Shown: positions 30,346 through 44,539 of the stretch, piece by piece
Numbering within the stretch: the first letter of the stretch is position 1
Layout of the letters: the number at the start of each line of letters is the position of its first letter
NCBI RefSeq assembly: GCF_009914755.1
Contig: NC_060944.1
Origin: the human T2T-CHM13v2.0 reference genome, Homo sapiens
Direction: 5' to 3' (one strand)
DNA length: 64,000 bases
Notes under the pieces: model-generated
Seen by the model: only the letters and a program-made list of their open reading frames with translations
Database searches by the model: none
What the model was told of the DNA's origin: nothing
Made by a program: the position numbers and the translations under genes

Positions 30346-31178
30346 TGTCATGTTGTTTGACTACACTGCAAGCTACTTATGAGGAGAGAATCAAAGTGCA
30401 AGTCATTTATTTGAGAGGTGCTCCCCGGGAGTCCCAGGAGGAGAATGTGGAAATGAGACTGAGAAGGTGATATGATTTGGATGTATCCCCACCCAAATCT
30501 CATCTTGAATTGTAACTCCCAAAATTCACAGGTGTTATAGGAGGAACCTGGTGGGAGGTAATTGAATCATGGGAGCAGGTCTTTCCCATGCTGTTCTTGT
30601 GATAGTGAATAGGTCTCACAAGATCTGATGGTTTTAAAAACGTGAGTTTCCCTTCACAAGCTATCTTCTCTTCCCTGCCGTCTTCCATGTAAGATGTGAC
30701 TTGCTCCTCCTTGTCTTTCACCATGATTGTGAGGCCTCCCCAGCCATGTGGAAGGAACTGTTACTTCTCATTTAACCTCTTTCTTTTGTAAATTGCACAG
30801 TCTTGGGTATGTCTTTATCAGCAGCGTGAAAATGGAATAATACAGAAGGGAAGGAGCTACCAGAGTTAGCAAGCAAGTCCTTACCATGGGTAATCAGAGC
30901 TTAATGTTGTGAAGAAAGTCAGAAAATGGCAGAAAGCATGTGCTCCGAAGTTATCCAGCCTGAGGGCCTGGGACCACCAACCCCCATCAGTCATGGGCTA
31001 AGAGCTGTCCCAGGGCACTTCCAGTCTGCTCTGTTCTCAGACAGAGTCATCTTTCAAGGCTCCAGAGAAAGACCCAAGTAAAAAGATGCAGCCATTGGAT
31101 GCTTGAAATTCTGCCCTAAAGTAGGCATAATCAGGCCAAAGGAAATAAAAAGGATAGACACTGAGAGCGCTTGCTACA
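30346..31178 (-). mobile_element. LTR33-like LTR, split by THE1
   Basis: 'agtgcaagtcatttatttgagaggtg...gaaatgagactgagaagg' continues after the THE1 as 'gaaggagc...ttaccatgggtaatcagagcttaat'. Confidence 0.55.
30468..30844 (+). mobile_element. THE1 (THE1C-like) solo LTR, copy 1
   Basis: 'tgatatgatttgg' to 'aataataca'; perfect TSD GAAGG at 30463-30467 and 30845-30849. Confidence 0.95.
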
Positions 31179-31847
31179 GGAGCCTTTAGCTGAGAAAAAA
31201 TTCTATGATGATGACTGGGTTGAAAACAAAGTTTGAGTATAAATACTAACCTTTACGCAATGCATGGAGTTAGTTGTAGACTCTTTTGCTGGCAAGAAGC
31301 AGAAAAATGTCAGTCCTGCATCAAGGATCTTATTTACATCTAGCTGGAACACTTCTTTAAAAGCCCAGGCAGCTTGACTACATAAAGTATGGAAGGATGA
31401 AAGGGCATACGTATATGTGTTTATATGTGTACATATGTATTCACATAAAAAACTGATCACAAAAACTCCCTCCCATAGGTTAGCCAAAAAACCATTTGGA
31501 TTGCTCAGAGTTAACACAAGGCAAAGGAGGAGTACATACTGGGAAGATCACAAAGGGTGAGATAGTGTCCAGACTCTGGTCAGGGGGCATGGTCCAAGAA
31601 AGTGGCACTGGCCTGAGAGCTGACAGATGTGTAGCAGTTAACCAAGTGAAGGGTCGAGAGTGGGGCCGGGGAGGGCCAGGAAAGGACGTGGTGCTAGAGG
31701 CCCTGTGGCAGGATAAAGTGTGGAATGAAGCCAGCAGAGAACTCCTAACTCCAGGGGTTTTGCAAAGTGACCTTAGTTGAGTCGTTTAGCTTCTCTGCCT
31801 CTCACCTTTTGCATCTGAAGAGTGAAAACAATAAACCCTACTTTACA

Positions 31848-32531
31848 GCAGCTTGTCCAATAGAAGTTCCTGGGATGATGATGGAAATAGCATATCTGGG
31901 CTGCCCAGTACAGTAGTTTCTGTCCACCTCTGACTGTTGAGCACATGGAATGTGTCTACTGAGGCTGAGAAACTAAGGTGCGTCTTCTGAGGTGATATGG
32001 TTTGGCTGTGTCCCCCCACAAATCTCATCTTGAATTGTAACTCCCATGATTCCCAGGTATCATGGGAGGAACCTGGTGGGAGGTAATTGAATAATGAGAG
32101 TGGGTCTTTCCCATGCTGTTCTTGCAATAGTAAATAAGTCTCATCAGATCTGATGGTTTTAAAAAACGGGAGTTACCCTGCACAAGCTCTCTTCTCTTGC
32201 CTGCCATCATCTATGTAAGATGTGACTCCTCCTTGCCTTCTGCCATGATTGTGAGGCCTCCCCATCCATGTGGAATGGTTAGGTCTCATTAAACCTCTTT
32301 CTTTTGTAAATTGCCAAGTCTTGGATATGTCCTTATCAGTAGCATGAAAATGGACTAATACAGAAGGGAAGGAGCTACCAGAGCTCCTTCAATGAAAGGA
32401 AAGCTTTCATTGAAAGATTTTCGTTGAAACCTCCTTCAACGAAAGCTCCTTCATTCACTAAAAATGAATTTCAATTAACCTAAATTTAAATGGCCACAGG
32501 TGACTAGTGGCTATCCTATTGGAGAATGCTT
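31848..32531. mobile_element. MER3 hAT element interrupted by THE1 copy 2
   Basis: 'tgtccaatagaag...gatgatggaaat' on the left; 'aaatggccacaggtgactagtggctatcctattgga' on the right. Confidence 0.75.
31993..32362 (+). mobile_element. THE1 (THE1C-like) solo LTR, copy 2, without matching TSD
   Basis: 'tgatatggtttggctgtgtcc' to 'ggactaataca'; left flank TGAGG, right flank identical to that of copy 1. Confidence 0.95.
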
Positions 32532-34124
32532 CTTGAAAGTATGATTTTAGGGATTAAAGGGAATTCATCTTTGTATCTAAAGTGTCTGGCACAGAACAGT
32601 CCTCCATCCATCTTGGTTCCCCAGCCCTGAAGTGAGATCCTGGTGACATAAGCCAGGTCTCTATATCCAATGCTCATTTAAGATTGCCTCTTCAACAGGA
32701 GCGTGTTTGGCTCTAGTGTAGCTTGCCACCAGCAGTCCCCATTGGTAGTGATGGCATTCTTGGCATCCTTCCAGTGCCATGATTGACTTAGCCAGTAAAA
32801 GACAAAATTCAGATGGTAGCCACTAAACAGTATGAAATATCTCAGTTTTAACCTAAAGTGGAAGCAATAACAGTCTCCAAGGCTGCAGAAGCAGGGCTTA
32901 GCAGACGAACCAAAAGACAAGAAGAAAAGTCCTGTTAAAAGAATAACAATCAATAGCTGAAAGCTATTAAGTTCACTCTTCTAGTTCAAAGGGATTTGAA
33001 ATGGCAATTTGTCAGGCAACTGTTGTCACTTTAGATGCCCCCATTGCTTTCTTTGAAGCCCTTGATTGACTACAGGAGGTTACACCAGATTGTTCTAAGG
33101 ACAGGATTTCCACAGTTGAGCATACTTATATCCAAGTAATTATGACTCTTCTGAATTTAATCAACACAAGGCAAAAGAGAGCTAGTTTGAGAAAATATGC
33201 ATGTGCTCTGCAAAGTCCAGGTGATGGCTTCGGTGGCTATGCCCAAAGCCAGACAACCAGCTGGATGGTTTCAGTCACTTAATTGTGCCGATCAGATTCT
33301 CCAGCAAGTTTCCCTGCTGGCCAGGGAAAGAGGGAGAATCATAGAGTGAGGACTTTCTCCATTCTGCTTGTTCTGTTCAACAATGAAACAGACTTCCGCT
33401 TGAGATGGGTTGTTTCTAGGAAAGAACAGCCAATGAGAAATAAGCAACCTAACACATTCACACAGTGTTGCCTCTTCAGCTAGCAGAGGTGGAGCTGGGA
33501 GGACATTTTCGCCAATTGTTTTGGAAAACAGATGCAGAGGCAAGTGTACCCCTGTGAAGCAATGGCTGAATGGCTTTAGGGGAGATGGGTGCAAAGGGGA
33601 ATTAGCAAGTGAGAAAGAGGACTGAGAACTGTGGCAGCTACTGGGCCTTAAGTCAGACTTTCTTCTAGAAATGTGCAGAATGGACACAGAATGTGAGAAG
33701 CCCTCTGAAGCATGTTTGCCTTAGGAACAACTAATGGCAAGTTAATTTGCTACTTTTTTGTGGAGTTTTCAGGAACCTGTTCAGCAAGAATGGGAAGTGT
33801 GTTCCTGGGTGTTTGCAGAGTGGGGCATGCATGGTGACATCAGCCAGAGCTGTGGCCCCGTCCTAGGCATCCAAGAGGAAGGTCAAAACAGAAGGTGTAA
33901 AGGGATAGAAGCTGTTGTCAGAGTCCAACCTCTTCCTAAACTTCTAAGCCCTCTATGACTCAGGAAAGAATGTGTCCTAGAGAGAAGGGGGCAGAGTGAC
34001 ACAGATGGTAAAGATGGGAGCCAACGGGCTCTCAGGAGAGAACAAGCAAGGTGGACTCCTGCCCAGCAGATATGTGCCAGATGTCCCTGCTATGCAGCCT
34101 TGGGGACACATCCATGCCAAATAA

Positions 34125-34611
<487 letters not shown>

Positions 34612-35395
34612 GGAATCCACTTCTAGCTGTTTGGCAGGGACTGTCCCGGGCACAGGACGCCAGGAGACAACGTGTGTGGGCAAAAGTACATACACTCACA
34701 GTAGGGGTCCAAGGCCAAAACCCACCAGGGCATTTGCTGTTCAGTCTGTGATGTGTGATTGTTGACCACACAGCAGGGAGCATGTTCTGACGGCGCCACC
34801 CCACCCAGGCCATGTGAGCAATGTTAGCCCTGCATTTATGCTGATGGATCTTTCTTATGGGACTCAAACGGCATTCATTCTCTCTGAACAAATTAAGAAG
34901 AAACTAATCCCAACCTAAGATTCTTTATAAATTACTCAGACAAAAGAAAATGAATCACTATATGCATAAGCAGCAGATGTTATGTGACCTCAAAATTAAT
35001 GCCTATTAGCAGGCCAAAAAGGTATGCAGAAGAAGAGAGGTAAGATTTCCATGCTGACAGGTTTGTTGGTCTAAATTCATTCTGGAAAAATTGTGTCTTT
35101 CAAGTAAGAAAGCACGGTAGGCAACATCTTTCCTAGAGTCTTCATCATCACTCTTGTGGCAAGAAAGTTGCCAAGGAAAGAAAGTTGCCAAGAACTTGAG
35201 TTGGTAAGGCCATGACCAAAGTTCTGCAGAATTTTGAAGGAGGCAAATGTTAGATACTGATTGCATAACAGATGGGTCTGTCTCACAAGACATTTACTCA
35301 TGATGCTCCGTCAAAGGAAAAAGTGGTGATTTCAACCAAATTAAAAATATAAAGCTTTCACTGGCTCATGAGGAAGATATCCTTTTAAGTAATTA

Positions 35396-35623
35396 CAGGT
35401 TGAATATCCCTTATTTGAAGTGCTAGGGACCTGCAGTATTTTAGATTTCAATTTTTTTGGATTTTGGAATATTTGCATTAATACCTATCTACGGAGCATC
35501 CCAAATCTAAAAATCTGAAACTTGAAATGCTCCGGTGAACATTTCCTTTGAGAGTCACGTAAGTGCTCAAAAAGTTTTGGATTGTGGGCCAGTTTGGATT
35601 TCAGATTTGGGATGTTCAATTTG
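35396..35623. mobile_element. Tigger4/MER46-type non-autonomous DNA transposon
   Basis: Terminal inverted repeats CAGGTTGAATATCCC / GGGATGTTCAATTTG flanked by TA. Confidence 0.85.
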
Positions 35624-35637
35624 TATTACTAGTTTTT

Positions 35638-37790
<2,153 letters not shown>

Positions 37791-37865
37791 GATATTTTTA
37801 ATTATATGGAACTTTCAGAGCTCACTGATTCGTTGACTCATTGATTTATTCATATACTCAACTAA

Positions 37866-38003
37866 ATATTTAACCGATGTTTACATAAACATCGGTTAAA
37901 TATGTAGTAAGTGGTTGAAAGAAGGTAACCAAAGGGTACTGAGTAACTGTAGTCACATCTGATAATCAGTACCCTTTGGTTACAGTCTTTCAATCAGTTA
38001 CTA
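37866..38003. repeat. Two abutting inverted repeats (hairpins)
   Basis: Perfect 18-bp arms 37866-37883/37886-37903; second hairpin 37905-38003 with perfect core arms 37925-37942/37966-37983. Confidence 0.95.
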
Positions 38004-38489
38004 ATTGAAATAATGTCTAGATTTCATACATTCAGATGTAGTCTAAATAGAGAGGTAGAAAATAAAAAGTAAATAAATAAGATGAAACAAGATGATGATA
38101 AGAAGCATTAAATAATAGATCAGGATAACATCACTGAGGAACGAATGGTCAGGAAAGGCCTCCCTAGTGAGGAGCCTGTCTCCAGAGGAGCACAAGGAAA
38201 AGTGCTCCAGGAGGGGGAAAAGCAAAAGCAAAACCCTTAAGAAGACAAAAGTAGCAGGTGCCTGCCCTCTGTTTAGCATGCATTTCCAGACTAAATAATG
38301 ACTTATACCAAGACTTTCTTGTTTAGGGCAAGGATTGTGCATCACACTTAAGGAAGGGTCTCATGCTTACAAATACGTATATGTTTATATATCTGTATAT
38401 GTATAGCACATATCTTACCCATGATGGGATTTGACCTGTTTGACCTTTGTACATTTGAGGACCAGCCAGAGCTCATCCCTGTGATGAAG

Positions 38490-38712
38490 AGCAGGATGGC
38501 ATGGTGTGGTCTCAGGGCCAAATTGCCTGGGTTGAATTCCAGCTCAACCATGTGCTAGCTGTATAATGTTGGGCAAGTTATTCACACTCTTTGTGCTTTG
38601 CTTTCCTCATCTGTAGAGACAATAATAGTACATCCCTCATAGGATCATCGTGATAATTAGTGAGTGATTATATAAAGTGCCTAGAACAGTGCCTGGCACA
38701 GTAAGCGCTGGG
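38490..38712 (+). mobile_element. MIR SINE
   Basis: Core 'ttgggcaagtta...ctttcctcatctgta' and 'tagaacagtgcctggcaca'. Confidence 0.85.
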
Positions 38713-39044
38713 CAAGGTTTAGATATTTTTCTGATGTCCTCTCCATCGTGCTAGCAGGACACTTGTTGATATGTAGACATTCATGGGGGATTAAACAGAC
38801 GTTAAGTATAGCTTATTTTTACCCTGCTTGAATCCCCACAATCTCATCCCCCAAACGCTCTTCCAAATTTTCAACATTTGAACAACAGAGTTTCCTACAA
38901 CCTGAGGAAACCTTTATGTTTCTAGGAAAAATCTTGTATATGTTGAATGGAAGCCTATGTCTTCACAGTTTTCCTTGTTCAGGTTCTACCTGTGGTGGCT
39001 GCACCAAACAAATCTGGTCCTACAGTAGTGTGTTTCAAGAACTT

Positions 39045-39820
39045 CAAGATGATTAGCAAGGTCCCCTGAATCTTCTCTTCTCCAGGCCACCCACCTCCTA
39101 AGACATGGCTTTGAGCATCTTCCATTCCTTGGCCTGGTGCCTCTGAATGAGATCTCATTGATTTCTATATCACTTAAAATACAGTGCCCAGCACTGAGTG
39201 TAATTCTTCAAGTGTGATGTGTCAGGACAGAGTGGAGCAGACCAACAACTTTCTTCATTCAAGATCCAATTGTTCTCTTATGGCAACCAAATATTGAAGT
39301 CAAAATTGTGGTTGCCACGTATTATGATTCCTCCTAAAGATCTTATGTAAATAAGCACCACCACAAGTTCTGTAGAAATTTAGCTTCTGGGACACTTCTT
39401 GCTTTACCACTTTTATGCAGTGTTATTGGTGTTTGAGTCCCAAATGTTAAAATATATATATATATATATATATATCATTTATTCCTGCCAATTGTTTGAA
39501 GCAATTTATCACTATTTGACCCCTAAATTTGTTAGACAATGTCATCAATAACCTATTGCCTCAGTAGATAATCTGAGAGATGCACCATTGGAATTTTTAT
39601 TTAAGTAACTACTAACACATGTAAATCAAAAGGAGAGAGTTCAGAACCATGAGCCACTGTTGGAGTCCTTTTTTAGATTGACACTGCTCCATCAATAGAA
39701 TATTAGAGGTTCCATCTTTCAACTAGTTACTGACCCAAAAAATTGTGATTGAATTCTTTCCTAATTTCCCTTCATTTTGTAAAAGACATTGCGACACACC
39801 CTGTCAAATAACTAACACTA
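39045..39820 (-). mobile_element. L3/CR1 LINE fragments, containing (TA)n at 39452-39474
   Basis: 'tcttctcttctccaggc' and 'gtgcccagcactgagtgtaattcttcaagtgtgatgtgtcaggacagagtggagcagacc'. Confidence 0.6.
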
Positions 39821-40002
39821 GTCTAGCAAGCCACTGCTGTCCAGAGCCTCCTGGCCATTAGGTAGGGGAAATGCCTTCTTCACCAGTGGATGAAGGAGAA
39901 TTATTGAACTATTGCTCAAGAGCAGAGTATGGCAGTACCGGGCATGCCACTGCCCAGGGTAAGTTACACAGGCATCACACAGTGTCCCTGGAAATTTACT
40001 AA

Positions 40003-40192
40003 TAGAGTTCTCTAGCTGGACGAGCTGAACTCAGAATCCCTGGGAAAGCTTATGAGCACACAGCCTTTGGGGCTCCATTTCCAGAGTTTCAGATTCAGGA
40101 TGTCTGGGTGGTGCCTGAGAATTTGCATTTTTAACAAACTCCAAAGTGAGGCTGCTGCTCTTTATCTGGGGGCCACAATTTGAGAACCACTC
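40003..40192. mobile_element. MER5A
   Basis: 'cagagtttcagattcagga...cctgagaatttgcatttttaacaa...tttgagaaccact'. Confidence 0.85.
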
Positions 40193-41329
40193 TTTTACAC
40201 AAACTTTTTTCGTGTACCACTACTAATATAGAAGGAGGTAACAATAGAGGGTGAGGTGGATCCCTAGTTCTGCTTACACCTTTGAGACTATTGAAACAGA
40301 AAATCTCTCTACCAGAGGGCTGAGTAATTCTTAATGCTGTCTTTAGGTTTTATTAAAAAGGTCTTTGTCATCTTTTCTTATTAGAATTGTGATTTTTTTT
40401 CACTCACTACCTTATAAATAAGCCTATTGATTTATTTATGTCAAGAAGAGCAAGGTCTTCTCTGATCTTTGGCCAAAAATTTCCCTATAACATAATACCT
40501 ACTACATGGTTTAATCCAGCATTTCTTGAGAAAAAGAAATAGGGTTTAGTGTGAAATTGCTATTTCTCAGTGAATTCATGCTAGCTTCTTGTGATCACAG
40601 ATTCCTTTTAAAAGTGAAGCAGAATGAGTAATGTATTCCAGAGTCTTGCCTGTAACAGGCATTTGAGGTGTCTGCTCCCCTCGTCAATGTTTGCTCGGAA
40701 GCAAATGGAATTTGAGGGATTCCCTTTTCTGCAAGTTGTTCATCAGCTTTCCACTGTGGTTTCCCAGCAGTGAGATGCTCCCTGTGGCCATCCTCTGCCT
40801 TCCTTATGTGATCAAGGACCCCTGTTTGTCTAACATGCATCGCAGTCCCCTGCCCACTCAGAACTTGCAGGCCACCTCACCTCCACAAGAACCTTCTCTT
40901 CCTAGTCCGTGTCCCTAGGCAGGAAGCATCCCACTGTCAAATGAATCTTGTGGGCTCGGTTCCTTTCTCCACATCCTCAGGAACTGCACACTTTTGAGAG
41001 TGAGCAGCTACAAAGGCGTCAGTGACCTCCAACTGATGTCCATGGCCACTTGTGTCCTGGGTTTGTGTTGGGAGAAGGTGAAAAAAGAGGCCAATGAACA
41101 CAGACCCAAAGAAGGGTTGGTGTTGCCAGACACTCTCCTGATTCCAGTCCTTCTGGAAAGGGCAATCAAGAGTGGAGTACCCAATTTGTGCCATTGGACA
41201 AGATCTCACCATAAAAAAAAAAAGCTCTATGAGACTGGACGCTGCTTCCCTGCAAGTCCTTCACCTCCTCTAGGTGGCTCTCTCTCTTCTCGGAACACGT
41301 GGTCCTTTTCCCTCTTCCTGGGATGTTCT

Positions 41330-41630
41330 TACTCCTGAAAACTGCGTCATTTGGGCCTTTACCAAGACCCCTTCCCAGTGAGATTTTTCCTGAATGTTTT
41401 ATCTAAATTTGTAACTGCTCCCACCTCCACTCTTCCAATCCCTTTTTCTTATGTTTCTCATTAGCATGTGCTGATACTGAAAAACCAATTGATTTCATTG
41501 TTTATTGTCTGTCCGCTCATGTACACAGAAATTTTTATCTACTCATTCCACTATTGTATCCTGAGCGTTGGGAATGGTGTTTGGTGCATAGATGATGCTC
41601 CTCAATAAATACCGAATGAGTGAATGAATG
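41330..41630 (+). mobile_element. L2 3' end
   Basis: 'ttcattgtttattgtctgt' through 'ctcaataaataccgaatgagtgaatgaatg'. Confidence 0.7.
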
Positions 41631-42139
41631 AAGTGGAAGAGGGAAACTGCAAAAGGGAAGGTAGGCATGGAAACCCAGCATGCTATCTTGCCAGCAGACA
41701 TGGTCTCAATTGCATCAACTTTTTGCTAGGAGGTCACGTGCAAGTCAGGTATTTGGCTATCTTAAAGCTCTCCAGGCCCATGTACACCGTCAAAAAACAG
41801 GGCTCCCCATGGCAGTGACTACTACTCCAGTTTAAGGTATCTAGTCTAGGTAGTTCACAAGGCCTCCCCACTATTACATTTTGTGACTCTATGAGCCCTT
41901 GGATAGGGGCACTATAAAAAGAGCCTGTCTTCAGACAGGCAGGAGTCATTATTTTCCCCCTCCGTTACCAAATCGTGTAAGGTAGAATCAGACCTTTTCA
42001 ACGTCATGCAAAGAGATGCCCTCAAATTCTGGATGAGGTTGGAAAACCTCCACACTGAACACTTGGTCAGTTTCTACAATGTCAGACTGTCATTCAGTAA
42101 GAACGTAATCTACTAGCACTCCTTTTTGTCAGATAATTA

Positions 42140-42355
42140 CTAATTATGATGTGATAGGCTCTTGCTAAGTGTTTGCAGATATCATCTCATTTAATTATCA
42201 CATTCAATCATTCAATTGGTTGGCTGGGGTAACACTCATTTCAAAGATTCAGAAACTGAAGTTCAGAGATGTTACACAGCTTTCCCAAGGATGTGCTGTT
42301 AGACTGGGTAGCAGGATGGAAGCCAGGTAAGTCTAATCTCAAAGTCCATGCTGTC
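42140..42355 (-). mobile_element. MIR SINE
   Basis: 'atcatctcatttaat...agaaactgaagttcagagatgtta...tttcccaagg'. Confidence 0.65.
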
Positions 42356-44539
42356 TGCAACTTCTGGGTCTAAATTTCAGCTCATCAGTCCTAGCAGGCA
42401 AGTAACTTTAAAAAGAGGACACTATGCAAATTGTGTGCTATAGTTCTGCTGTAATTCTGAGCCTTTCCATGGGGGCTAGTTTCAGAAAGATCACTCAGGT
42501 CCACGTGATCAAGGCCTAGGCATCTGGACCTCTCAGGAGCTCATCAATGGCCTGTGGCTACAACCCACTGGGATCCCAAGAGAGAGCCTTCCTCTTTCTT
42601 CTTTTCCATCCAGATTTGGGGCCTACATTTTTCACAGTAAGCATGGCCAATGAGCCCAAAGGCACATCTGTGTTTCTATAGAGCCCCTCTTCATGTGCAT
42701 AAATAAAATAAGAAATAGCCAAGTAGACACCTGTGTATACAGTCACCTGCTTTTGCCAGACAGATATTTATTCATTGTTGTATAAATGAGGAAAATTTGC
42801 ACTCAGCCCTGAAAATTTGGCCACACTGGATCATCCTTCCTCCTCCCCAGCGATTTCTTCACTGAGAATGGCCACAGTTGGTTGACACTTCATTGTACTC
42901 TGTTTAAAGATCAGCGCACAGGCCTGGGAAGATCTGTTTTGCACCTGTATGTGGGTCTCATAAGGTGCTCAAGCTGTCAGGACAATCCTGTGCACCAGTG
43001 CTAAATCATGTCGTACATGACAGGGAGGAAGTGCTTTTAAAGGCAGGTGTCTAATCCTGTCACACATTATTTTATGAGATGGCCCTTTAAAATAGATTGT
43101 GTGTAATGGGGCTTGCTTTAAGGAGGTCGGCCTGTCTCACTGGACTGAGAGCAGAAAAGATATAAAAACAAGGCAAGAACATAAACAAGGAATGTCAAGT
43201 TCTACCCACATCTTTACCCCACACACAGAAAGAAACACCCACAGAGGAATGTTAAGATCCTGCCTCAGCAAACTGCAAATGTTTGATTTGTGGGCTACCA
43301 TTAAGCTGATGGAAGAATATCTTATTCAGGGCATTCTTGTAACAGGTGGATGACAGCAAACAGCATTTCAGAATGGCTAGGGAATTAATTATATTTCTTA
43401 GCTAGTTATCCTTTTAAATTAATTGAAATAGTTTAGTCAATTCTCATTTAATTGCAGAATTTCTAGAACTCGTAAAAGCAATGGCATTTTAAAATGCCTT
43501 TTGAAAAATCTTTCTGTGTTTGGAACCAGCATTCAAATGCCATGTCACTTCTTAGGGAATGGCTGAGGGGCTGGAGCGGGAAAGGCTGCACTGCAGGTGA
43601 GCTCTTGAATACTTGAAGCAAAATAAGAGAAAACAGTAAAGCGAACACATGGCATCAGAACTGGGCCTAAGTCCTATCCCCTCTGGGGACGTCGTCCAGC
43701 ACTGGCTGCCTGCTCACGCAGAGGCCCTCATGGCATTAGTAAGTGGCCTGACTTCTGGGGATGCCTCATGCCATTTCCAGAGCTCTGCTAGGGAATTAAA
43801 TTCTGATTTCTTGGGCTTATCTGTGTTGCATTCTATGCGCTTAAAAGACTATTTGCTGCTTCTTAGCACAAGAATCCCTATTTGGGAAACACAGCACATG
43901 AACCCCTTCTTAGCTTTCCAACCTCCTTCTTGCAAATCTGTCCCCCTTGTCTCCAACTTGGGTTCTAGCCCCTGTGCTCCTGTCCCCTCACTAACTTGCT
44001 TCGTCCACTATAGGCTCACACATGCTCAAGGTATTTCTACCAACATCCTCTTCATTACCCTCCAAGCTGTGCCTCGCCCGTTCAGTGCTGGATTTTTTTT
44101 GTGCCTTAAGGAGTCTGCCAGTGCTTGCCAATGGAAGTGCCCTCCAGCAAAGCTGGTATTGAGGGGAGATAGGTAAACAATGCATGCCTCAGCAGGAATG
44201 GAATGCCCTGTGCCTCACTCAGGACCCGCATCTTCAAAGGTGCATTTGTACCCTGAGCTGGAACAGAGGGGAGCAGAGACCACATAGTGGGAGAAATGGG
44301 AGCAGAGGTCCTTATCATTGGACAGCCACTGTAGATTCTAAAGTAAGAACACCGGTGTTTGAAGTCAATATTGGACTGATGTGGATAATGCACTAGGACG
44401 GGCAGAGACTAGCATCAAAGAAGTCACTGGGGGACTGCATTCCAGGGCACTTGTCTATGGGGATGGGAACAAACCTTGGGTGGTGGACACAGAAAGGCAG
44501 AGTAAGTTATAAGTTGAAAAGGCATTTAAAAATATTTTA

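Noticed and set aside
30468-32362. Two same-orientation THE1 LTRs as a full provirus
   Set aside because: Copy 1 already has its own TSD, and the spacer holds LTR33-like and MER3 sequence rather than THE1 internal sequence
43649-44176. 175-aa ORF
   Set aside because: No recognisable homology; composition typical of a chance frame
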